DNA from: Verrucomicrobiota bacterium
Lineage (GTDB): Bacteria > Verrucomicrobiota > Verrucomicrobiia > Limisphaerales > UBA8199
Direction of reading: 5' to 3'
Length of the DNA stretch: 64,000 nucleotides
Assembly: GCA_049518415.1 (NCBI GenBank)
Contig: JBEKRX010000027.1
Location: forward strand, 4,167 to 68,166
A program made the position numbers and the translations under genes. Under the pieces are notes generated by a model. The model was not told where the DNA came from and did not search any database. It saw only the letters and a list, made by a program, of their open reading frames with translations. Below, one piece after another: positions 57,282-64,000 of the stretch (within the stretch, counting starts at the first letter, position 1; each line of letters begins with the position of its first letter).

Positions 57282-58123
57282 ACGCGGCCGCTTCGGAGTC
57301 CATTGCAGCTTCGGCTCGGCTGGGGGGAGCGGACCGGCGGTTTTTCTATGGGCTGTCGCTGTTGGGGGGCGTGTATGTGGCGCTGATTGTGGCGCTGCTG
57401 GCGGCCGATGTTTGCTTCACGTCGCCCAATGCCTTTCTCCAGGCGCTGCGCAACCGGGAGATTCGCTACGCCATCAGGCTGAGCCTGATTTCGTGCAGCC
57501 TGACCACCCTCCTTTCGCTCTGGGTGGCCGTGCCGATAGGTTATCTGATGTCGCGCCGGCAATTCCACGGCAAGGCGCTGCTGGACGCGCTGCTGGACAT
57601 CCCGATCGTGCTCCCGCCCCTGGTGATCGGGCTGAGCCTGCTGATCCTTTTCCAGACGGCGCCGGGGCGGGCCCTGGAGCGGGTTTTGCCGGTGACTTAC
57701 GCGATTCCGAGCGTGATCCTGGCGCAATTCACGGTCGCCTGCGCGTTTGCCGTGCGCACGATGCGGGCGACTTTCGATCAAATCAATCCGCGGGCCGAGC
57801 AAGTGGCGCTGACGCTGGGTTGTCGGCGGAGCCAGGCCTTTTGGCTGGTGGTTTTGCCCGAGGCCCGGCGCGGAGTGCTGACGGCGGCGACGCTGGCCTG
57901 GGCGCGGGCGCTGGGGGAATTCGGGCCGATTCTGGTCTTCTCGGGGGCGACGCGGATGCGGACGGAGGTGATGCCCACGACGGTTTTTCTGGAGCTGAGC
58001 GTGGGTAACATCGAGGCGGCCGTGGCCGTGTCCATGCTGATGGTGGTGGCGGCCGTGATGGTGCTGCTGATAATCCGGTACTTCGGCTCGGCGCCGACGC
58101 TGGGCCAGGCGGTGAGGCCATGA
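57254..58123 (+). CDS. modB: Molybdate/sulfate-type ABC transporter permease
   Basis: Multi-TM protein with an EAA-like loop (ARALGEFGPILVFSG). A GTG at 57278 overlaps the modA stop (GTGA) and is an alternative start. Confidence 0.8.
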   Translation: MARREALTVNAAASESIAASARLGGADRRFFYGLSLLGGVYVALIVALLAADVCFTSPNAFLQALRNREIRYAIRLSLISCSLTTLLSLWVAVPIGYLMSRRQFHGKALLDALLDIPIVLPPLVIGLSLLILFQTAPGRALERVLPVTYAIPSVILAQFTVACAFAVRTMRATFDQINPRAEQVALTLGCRRSQAFWLVVLPEARRGVLTAATLAWARALGEFGPILVFSGATRMRTEVMPTTVFLELSVGNIEAAVAVSMLMVVAAVMVLLIIRYFGSAPTLGQAVRP

Positions 58124-58758
58124 TTCGGCTGGAGCAGCTTTGGGTCCGGGCCGGGCCGTTCGCGTTGCGCGAGGTGGGGCTGGAGGTCGGCAGCGGGGAG
58201 CACGCGTTTCTGATGGGCAAGACGGGGACGGGAAAGACGACGCTGCTGGAAGCGTTGTGCGGGCTGCGGCCGGTCCTGCGGGGCTGCGTGCGGCTGAGGG
58301 GCAAAGACGTGACGCACTGGCCGCCCGGACAGCGCGGCATCGGGCTTGTGCCGCAGGATGCGGCGCTTTTTGGCCATCTGACGGTGCGTGAGCACCTGGG
58401 TTTTGCGCTAGCTATTCGGCGCTGGCCCCGTGAACAAATCGAGCAGCGGGTAAGCGAACTGGTAGATTGGCTGGGGTTGCGCAGCTTGCTGGGGCGCCGG
58501 CCACCGGGGCTGAGCGGGGGCGAGGCGCAACGTGTCGCCCTGGGCCGGGCACTGTCATTCCGGCCGGACATCCTCTGCCTGGATGAGCCGCTGAGCGCGC
58601 TGGATGACGAGACGCGGGCCGAAATGGGCGACCTGCTGCGGAAGGTGCGGGCACAAACGGGGGTGACGATTCTGCACATCACGCACAACCGTTCTGAGGC
58701 GGAGCGGTTGGCGGATCGGATTTTTCTTTTAAGAGACGGCCAGGTTGAGCAGGAATGA
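58120..58758 (+). CDS. modC: ABC transporter ATP-binding protein (ModC-like, no TOBE domain)
   Basis: GKTGTGKTT, LSGGEAQRVALGRAL and LCLDEPLSALD. Only 212 aa. Its ATG overlaps the modB stop. Confidence 0.8.
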   Translation: MIRLEQLWVRAGPFALREVGLEVGSGEHAFLMGKTGTGKTTLLEALCGLRPVLRGCVRLRGKDVTHWPPGQRGIGLVPQDAALFGHLTVREHLGFALAIRRWPREQIEQRVSELVDWLGLRSLLGRRPPGLSGGEAQRVALGRALSFRPDILCLDEPLSALDDETRAEMGDLLRKVRAQTGVTILHITHNRSEAERLADRIFLLRDGQVEQE

Positions 58759-59010
58759 AGGGCGACGGGCGGCGAGCCAAAGCAACAGGGCCTCGCGGGG
58801 GAAGAACTGGCCGCTTGCGAGAGGCCGTTGGCAGCCCCGGATTTTGGCGCGGTCGCGGCGGTGGGCGGCGGCCCGGCCGCCAGGGAGGCGCTCAAGGCCA
58901 AGGCCGGTTTGGGCCAGCCGCTCGTTGGACGGATACTGGTATTGGACCTGCGCGACATGAGCTTGCGGACCTGGCGGGTTGGGCGCGGCCCCAATTGCGC
59001 GGAATGCCAG
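58759..59010 (+). pseudogene. C-terminal relic of MoeB/ThiF-type adenylyltransferase
   Basis: The frame opening right after the modC stop encodes ...CERPLAAPDFGAVAAVGGGPAAREALKAKAGLGQPLVGRILVLDLRDMSLRTWRVGRGPNCAEC. This aligns with the last ~65 aa of MoeB (C..GV.G...G..G...A.EA.K...G.G..L.G.....D......R......P.C..C). No N-terminal part is present. Confidence 0.55.
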
Positions 59011-59063
59011 GGCCCGCCTGCCGGCCGGCAGGCGGTGGGGAGAGGCTCCCGCTGCTCTCCTGT

Positions 59064-59088
59064 TAACGCGGCGGAGCCGCAACCAAGA
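59064..59088. repeat. Left half of the IS-disrupted copy of the ~80-bp palindromic element
   Basis: TAACGCGGCGGAGCCGCAACCAAGA matches TAGCGCGGCGGAGCCGCAACCAAAG at 37430. Confidence 0.65.
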
Positions 59089-60921
59089 GCTAACCTAACT
59101 TCCCGCCCCATTTGATGAAAATGGCTGAAAACCTGTGTTTTCACCCGAAAATGTAGCAAGTATTATTTCATTATTGTGCTTGACATCGCCGTGTTATATC
59201 GTTACTCTGTAGCGCGTATGTTCGTCCAGGCCACCCAGTGCAAGCACCGCCGCCACACCTACCTCACCTACCTGGTCCGGGAGTCCTTCCGTAGCCCCAA
59301 AGGTCCACGCTCCCGCACCATTTGCAATATCACCGCCCTGCCGCCAGACACCCGACAGCTCATTGCCCAATCCCTGCGCGGCCAGAGCTTTGTCCCCAGC
59401 GATGAGCTTGAACTGGCCGAGGCCCTGAGCTTTGGCGGCCTGGCCGTTTTGCGCCAGGCCTGGGAGCAGCTTGAGCTGGAGCGGCTGTTCCAGGGCTTGA
59501 GCGATCCGCGCGCCGTCGGCCTGCTCAAAGCGATGATTTTTGGCCGCATCCTCTTTCCCAGTGCCAAGCTGGCTTTAGCCGACCACGCCCGGGGCACGCT
59601 GCTGGCCGCCGCTTGCACCCTGGATCAAGCCACCGAGGATTTCGATGAAGACGACTTGTATGCGGCGATGGATCAGTTGACCGGGCGGTGGGTGGGCATG
59701 GAGAAGCAGCTCTACAGCCAAAGCTTTCCCCAAGGCGTCTCGCTGGTGCTCTATGATCTGACCAGCGTGTATTTTGAGGGCGAGGGCCCCGCCGGCATGA
59801 GCCGTTACGGCCACAGCCGCGACCATCGCTCCGACCGTCCGCAAGTGATTTTGGCGGTGGCCGCCGATGCCCAGGGAGTGCCACTCCATCTGGAGGTTCT
59901 GCGCGGCAATCGCGGCGACACGACCACCTTGCAGGGACTGCTGGCTGCCTTGCGGCGGCGCTTCGGGATTAAGGAAGCAGTCTTTGTTTTTGATGGCGGC
60001 ATGAGCAGCAAGGTCAATCTGGAAGCGGTCGAAACCCTTAAGCTCAAATACGTAACCCGGTTGAGCGCGGCTACGCTGGACCAATTGCTGGAGCAATTAC
60101 CCGCCGACCAGTCGCCCGAACTGTGGGACCGCACCCAGGTGATGGAGATCGTGCGGGCAGGCAAACGCTACGTAATCGCGGGCGGGCCTTGGCGCCAGCA
60201 ACGGGACCAGCAACGACGGCAGGCCCGGCTGGCCAAAGCCGAAGCAAAACTGCAGCGGATCGCGGCGGTGAAGCGTAAGAAAGTCGATGCGCAAAAGCTG
60301 GCCAGCCAGGTGGGCCGGGCGCTGCAGCGGCTCAAGGCCCACAAGTATTTCGAGTATTCGGTGGACCCGCAGGGCAAGCTACAGTGGAGTCGTCGTGCCG
60401 ACTCGATCCGGGCTGAAACGATTCGTGACGGTCTCTACCTGCTGGCCACCAACACCAGTGCCCAGCAAGTTCCGGCCACCGGAGTGCTGGCTCATTACAA
60501 AAATCTTCTGGAAGTGGAGGATGCGTTTTGCCACTTGAAATCTTACCTGGGCGTGCGCCCAGTGTTTCACCGCCGACCGGATCGGGTGCGCAATCATGTG
60601 CGGATTTGTTTTATCGCTTACTGGCTGAGCGCCAAACTGGAACTCCAATGGCGCCAAAAAGACCAAACCATCGAAATTCATAATCTGCTCCGACAACTCC
60701 AATCCATCCGCTTGGGCCGCTTGGAACTCGGGGGCAAGGCTTTCAAAACGCTGCTAACGCAGGTGCCCAAGGATATGAATGCCACGCTCGACAAACTGGG
60801 ATTGCTGCCGCTCTTTGCAGCTCCACCAGCTTGGGCAACCGCCAATTGTAGCAAGTGAACGAAAGGTCGAAGCTTGCAAGCCAACAACTTACGCGCGAGT
60901 CGAGGGGAAGTCAGGCTAAGC
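59089..60921 (+). mobile_element. IS1634/IS4-family insertion sequence (~1.83 kb)
   Basis: Imperfect terminal inverted repeats GCTAACCTAACTTCCC (59089-59104) and GGGAAGTCAGGCTAAGC (60905-60921), about 14 of 17 matching. A single DDE transposase ORF is present. Composition is AT-richer than the flanks. I found no clear target-site duplication. Confidence 0.65.
59176..60858 (+). CDS. IS1634/IS4-family DDE transposase
   Basis: 560 aa. LVLYDLTSVYFEGEG, GHSRDHRSDRPQVILAVAADAQGVPLHLEVLRGNRGDTTTL, FVFDGGMSS and a C-terminal YKNLLEVEDAFCHLKS region match the IS1634-type pattern. Confidence 0.8.
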   Translation: MLDIAVLYRYSVARMFVQATQCKHRRHTYLTYLVRESFRSPKGPRSRTICNITALPPDTRQLIAQSLRGQSFVPSDELELAEALSFGGLAVLRQAWEQLELERLFQGLSDPRAVGLLKAMIFGRILFPSAKLALADHARGTLLAAACTLDQATEDFDEDDLYAAMDQLTGRWVGMEKQLYSQSFPQGVSLVLYDLTSVYFEGEGPAGMSRYGHSRDHRSDRPQVILAVAADAQGVPLHLEVLRGNRGDTTTLQGLLAALRRRFGIKEAVFVFDGGMSSKVNLEAVETLKLKYVTRLSAATLDQLLEQLPADQSPELWDRTQVMEIVRAGKRYVIAGGPWRQQRDQQRRQARLAKAEAKLQRIAAVKRKKVDAQKLASQVGRALQRLKAHKYFEYSVDPQGKLQWSRRADSIRAETIRDGLYLLATNTSAQQVPATGVLAHYKNLLEVEDAFCHLKSYLGVRPVFHRRPDRVRNHVRICFIAYWLSAKLELQWRQKDQTIEIHNLLRQLQSIRLGRLELGGKAFKTLLTQVPKDMNATLDKLGLLPLFAAPPAWATANCSK

Positions 60922-60970
60922 GTCAATTCCTGAGTGGGAAGAGCAACGTGGGCCTTCCCCCGCCGCGTTA
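60922..60970. repeat. Right half of the IS-disrupted copy of the ~80-bp palindromic element
   Basis: GTCAATTCC..TGAGTGGGAAGAGCAACGTGGGCCTTCCCCCGCCGCGTTA parallels GAATTCCCTCCTCAGGGAAGCAACGGGAGCCTCGCCCCGCCGCGCTA at 37462-37509. Confidence 0.6.
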
Positions 60971-61087
60971 AATGAGGCGCTCCGCGCCGAAGAATCAGGC
61001 CCCTCCAAAGGAAACATGCCAAGACATTCACGCAAAAACGTGGATGTTGCGACCAAAGACTCTAAGGGAGCTTACCTCTGAGTTGGG

Positions 61088-63274
61088 TTACAGCGCCGCG
61101 GCCTGCCGGGCTTTGATGGCGGCGCGCGCGAGGCGGAGCCGGGGGTAATCGTAGCGGCCGCCCAGCGACTCGAACACGGCCGAGAGGCTGCCCAAGCCGC
61201 TTTGCTCGAAGGCCGCCGCCACCTCCCGCTTCTGCTCCGGCGTGAAGAATGGGTTGAGGTCCAGCGGTTCACCGGCCTCCATGGCCTCGGCCAGGTGGGC
61301 GTAAACCGTGGCGGGGGTGAGCCGGCGTTGGCGGGCGATCTGCTCGAGGGATTGGCCGGCGCGGAAGAGGCGGAGCGTCTCCCGGACGGTATCGCCCAGC
61401 CCAGCCCGGGCCGGGAGCGGCGCTGGCGCCGCAAAGGAGTCCTCGGCGAAAATCTGGCGCGGGTTGGTTTGCAGGTGCGCGGCAATCTCGGCCAGGAACA
61501 GGGCGGCGAATTCCTGCAATTTCTTCTCGCCCACGCCGCTGATGCGGGCGAACTCCGGTGGGTTGGCCGGGTAATCGTGGGCCATCTGGCGCAAGGAAAC
61601 ATCGGAAAAGACAATGTAAGGCGGCAGACCGCGCTCGTCCGCCAGCCTCTTGCGAAGCTGGCGCAGCTTGTCGAACAGGGCCTCGTCGCAGGCAATCTCG
61701 CCCGCCCGGTGGGCCTTGGGCGGCGGGGCGCTGACCGGCTTGGTCAGCGTGATGCGCCGGCGGTGCTTGAGCGCCGCCAGGCCCTCGGGCGTGAGCGCGA
61801 GCACGCTGAACTTCTCCGCCGTCTGGCCCAGGTAGCCCAGCCGGATCAGCTCCCGTCCGATCGCGCCCCACTCCGAGCGGGTGTGTTCCTGGCCGATGCC
61901 GTAGGTGGAGAGTTGCTCGTGGTGCCAGCGCCGGATCTTTTCCGTATCGGCGCCGGTCAGGACCTCGACGATATGATGGAGGCCGACGCTGAAGCGCGTG
62001 CTTTCGCGGACTCGAAAGACGCAGGAAAGGAATTTCTGCGCCGCTAAGGTGCCGTCGAAGGTCTGGCGCGGGGAGAGGCAATTGTCGCAGGCGCGGCAGT
62101 CGGCTTCCGGGAAGGCCTCGCCGAAATAGGCGAGCAGTTCGGTGCGGCGGCAGCCGGAACACTCGGCGTAATGCACCATCTGCTGCAACTGCGCGCGGGC
62201 GATTTTCTGCTCTTTGGGGTCGGGTTTTTCGTCAATGAAAAGGGTTTGCTTGACGACATCGCCCGGGCTGAAGAGCAGCACGCAGTCGCTGGGCAGCCCG
62301 TCGCGGCCGGCGCGCCCGGTTTCCTGGTAATAGCCTTCGATGTTCTTGGGCAGGTCGTAGTGGAGGACGAAGCGGACGTTGGGTTTGTTGATGCCCATGC
62401 CGAAGGCAATGGTGGCGCAGATGACCCGGGCCTCGTCGCGCAGAAAGAGGTCCTGGTGCTCGGTGCGTTGGGCCGGGGTCAGCCCGGCGTGGTAGGGCCG
62501 GGCCCGTACGCCGTCTTCGTTGAGCCGCTCGGCGAGGTGCTCGGCCGTTTTGCGCGCCTGGCAATAGACGATGCCGCTGTCCCTGGGCCTGGCGGAGACG
62601 AACTGGAGAACCTGCTGGTAGGGCTTGCTCTTGGCGAACACGCGGTAGGTCAAGTTGGGCCGGTTGAAGCTGGCCAGGTAACAGGCGGGGTCGCGCAGTT
62701 TGAGCAGGGTGAGGATGTCCTGGCGCACGCGCTCGGTCGCTGTGGCCGTGAGGGCCATCATGGGCGCGGCCGGGAAGAGCCGGCGCAAGTCGGCGAGTTG
62801 GCGGTATTCCGGGCGGAAATCATGCCCCCACTCGCTGATGCAATGCGCCTCGTCAATCGCCAGCAGGCCCACCTGCCAGCGCTGCAAATCCGAGAGGAAC
62901 CCCGGGAGCATGAGCCGCTCCGGGGCAACGTAGAGCAGCCGATAGTGGCCCTGGTGCAAGCCCCGCAGCCGCCCCCGCGACTCGCCGGGCGCCAGCGAAG
63001 AGTTCAGGAAGGTCGCCGGGACGCCGCCTGCCTGCAACCCGTCGACCTGGTCCTTCATGAGGGCAATCAGCGGCGAAACCACCACCGTCAGGCCCTCCTG
63101 CGCCACCGCCGGCAACTGGAAGCAGAGGGACTTGCCGCCGCCGGTGGGCAGCAACGCAAAGACGTCCCGGCCCGCCAGGGCGTCGCGGATGATCTGCTCC
63201 TGCAAGGGCCGAAAGGAAGTGAAGCCGAAGTATTGCTTGAGCAGCGGGAACAGGTCTGGAACGCGTTCTTCCAT
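61088..63274 (-). CDS. recQ: ATP-dependent DNA helicase RecQ with a C-terminal HTH-like extension
   Basis: Contains LLPTGGGKSL, DEAHCISEWGHDFRPEY, a zinc-binding Cys cluster (C..C....C..C), an HRDC region (LFDKLRQLRKRLADERGLPPYIVFSD) and an extra ~120-aa tail. Confidence 0.9.
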   Translation of the reverse strand: MEERVPDLFPLLKQYFGFTSFRPLQEQIIRDALAGRDVFALLPTGGGKSLCFQLPAVAQEGLTVVVSPLIALMKDQVDGLQAGGVPATFLNSSLAPGESRGRLRGLHQGHYRLLYVAPERLMLPGFLSDLQRWQVGLLAIDEAHCISEWGHDFRPEYRQLADLRRLFPAAPMMALTATATERVRQDILTLLKLRDPACYLASFNRPNLTYRVFAKSKPYQQVLQFVSARPRDSGIVYCQARKTAEHLAERLNEDGVRARPYHAGLTPAQRTEHQDLFLRDEARVICATIAFGMGINKPNVRFVLHYDLPKNIEGYYQETGRAGRDGLPSDCVLLFSPGDVVKQTLFIDEKPDPKEQKIARAQLQQMVHYAECSGCRRTELLAYFGEAFPEADCRACDNCLSPRQTFDGTLAAQKFLSCVFRVRESTRFSVGLHHIVEVLTGADTEKIRRWHHEQLSTYGIGQEHTRSEWGAIGRELIRLGYLGQTAEKFSVLALTPEGLAALKHRRRITLTKPVSAPPPKAHRAGEIACDEALFDKLRQLRKRLADERGLPPYIVFSDVSLRQMAHDYPANPPEFARISGVGEKKLQEFAALFLAEIAAHLQTNPRQIFAEDSFAAPAPLPARAGLGDTVRETLRLFRAGQSLEQIARQRRLTPATVYAHLAEAMEAGEPLDLNPFFTPEQKREVAAAFEQSGLGSLSAVFESLGGRYDYPRLRLARAAIKARQAAAL

Positions 63275-63355
63275 CCGCGGCAGTTTACCCGGGTCGGGCC
63301 GGCTTTGAAAATGAAAAGAGTTGTTTGCAAATCGCCATCATGGTAAATTGCCATC

Positions 63356-63631
63356 ATGATTAAGACGCAAGTCCAGATTCCCGACCACTTGTATCAGGAG
63401 GCCAAACGCATCGCCGCCGAGTACGAAATGAGCTTCGCCGAGGTGGTGCGGCGCGGCCTGGAGCGGCTTGCGCCTGCGTATCCGCCCAAGAGGCCGCTGA
63501 CGGACTGGGAACCACCCAAGCCGCGCCGGCTGGGTTGCCGGCCATTGACCGCGGCGCAATTGCGGGATATTGCCCGAGGCGAGGACGAGTTACCGGCCTG
63601 GCTGGCCAGGCCCAAGGGCAAGAAGACATGA
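63356..63631 (+). CDS. Type II antitoxin (VapB-like, RHH-type N-terminus)
   Basis: 91 aa starting MIKTQVQIPDHLYQEAKRIAAEYEMSFAEVVRRGLE. Its stop overlaps the downstream PIN-gene ATG (ATGA). Confidence 0.65.
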   Translation: MIKTQVQIPDHLYQEAKRIAAEYEMSFAEVVRRGLERLAPAYPPKRPLTDWEPPKPRRLGCRPLTAAQLRDIARGEDELPAWLARPKGKKT

Positions 63632-64000
63632 TCGCCCCGGATACCGGCCTGCTGTTTTTTGCCGTGGCGGAAGATCGTCCCGAGCACAGGGGGACCAAGG
63701 CGTGGCTTGACGGGCTGGCAGGGAGCAGCGATGTGTTGATCTGCGAATTGGTCCTGGCAGGGTTATACCGGCTGTTGCGCAATCCGGTCGTGTTGGCGTC
63801 GCCCCTTTCACCATCTGAGGCTGTGGCGGTGGTTCAAGCCTGGCGGCAGCATCCGCGGTGGCGTATTGCCGGTTTCCCACCCGACAGCCAGCGGCTGCAC
63901 GACCAACTGTGGCAAATCGCCGCCCGCCCCGGGTTCGCCTACCGGCGGCTCTTTGACGCCCGGCTGGCCTTGACATTGCTTCAGCACGGGGTGACAGAGT
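63628..64000 (+). CDS. vapC: PIN-domain toxin VapC (3' end beyond the window)
   Basis: My translation: MIAPDTGLLFFAVAEDRPEH...VLICELVLAGLYRLL...RRLFDARLALTLLQHGVTE. The acidic residues (D5, E40, D110) are spaced as in PIN domains. It is absent from the ORF track because no stop lies within the window. Confidence 0.65.
   Translation, partial: MIAPDTGLLFFAVAEDRPEHRGTKAWLDGLAGSSDVLICELVLAGLYRLLRNPVVLASPLSPSEAVAVVQAWRQHPRWRIAGFPPDSQRLHDQLWQIAARPGFAYRRLFDARLALTLLQHGVTE

Noticed and set aside
58755-59066. 103-aa ORF (MKGDGRRAKATGPRGG...) after modC.
   Set aside because: It has Arg/Gly-rich off-frame composition. The moeB-like similarity lies in a different frame of the same stretch.
1-64000. tRNA, rRNA or CRISPR arrays in the intergenic regions (4343-5221, 8747-9130, 15799-16021, 22844-23140, 36272-36530, 43128-43753, 60922-61087).
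   Set aside because: I saw no cloverleaf-compatible sequence with a T-loop GTTCGAATC-like motif, no rRNA-like stretch, and no regularly spaced direct repeats with unique spacers. A tRNAscan/Infernal run would be definitive.

Overview
This is a 64-kb, high-GC, gene-dense bacterial chromosomal segment with about 50 credible protein genes. I saw no rRNA, tRNA or CRISPR array by eye.

Lineage (inference): a Verrucomicrobiota/PVC-type genome. Three genes and one fragment carry the prepilin-type N-terminus (F)[23 protein letters not shown]. The three full genes also have a C-terminal H-X9-DG-like motif. They sit among secreted glycoside hydrolases and PQQ-like beta-propeller proteins.

Content, left to right:
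- SUF Fe-S genes (sufU, sufT, sufS), split by a foreign-looking minus-strand pair: an ABC-type ATPase plus a small nuclease-like protein.
- A decayed REP/IS200-like scar.
- An FmdB zinc-ribbon protein.
- A secreted protein whose start is separated from its body by a T6 frameshift.
- Lysine 2,3-aminomutase.
- An EF-hand/TM protein.
- nth and an LplA-like protein.
- A polysaccharide block (acyltransferase_3, Wzx-like flippase, GT2).
- An ABC exporter plus a propeller protein.
- A tight 5-gene operon joining an ABC-2-like membrane protein, three SPFH (HflK/C-like) paralogues and a P1B-type ATPase.
- A DUF3160-like protein, moaA and an SDR.
- A glycan-degradation cluster (NPCBM+GH36, a 1382-aa ricin/GH-core/FN3/LamG protein, DUF4091) interleaved with the pseudopilin-like genes.
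- A 1014-aa propeller protein.
- A molybdate ABC transporter with a moeB relic.
- An IS1634/IS4-like element inserted into a small palindromic repeat.
- recQ, then vapBC (vapC runs off the window).

The best candidate for something undescribed is the ATPase + PD-(D/E)xK-like pair at 620-2327.

Coordinates: CDS coordinates follow the supplied ORF track, with starts re-chosen from motifs. Short-motif coordinates were hand-indexed and may be off by 1-2 nt. No database search or computation was possible, so all family assignments come from motif recognition.
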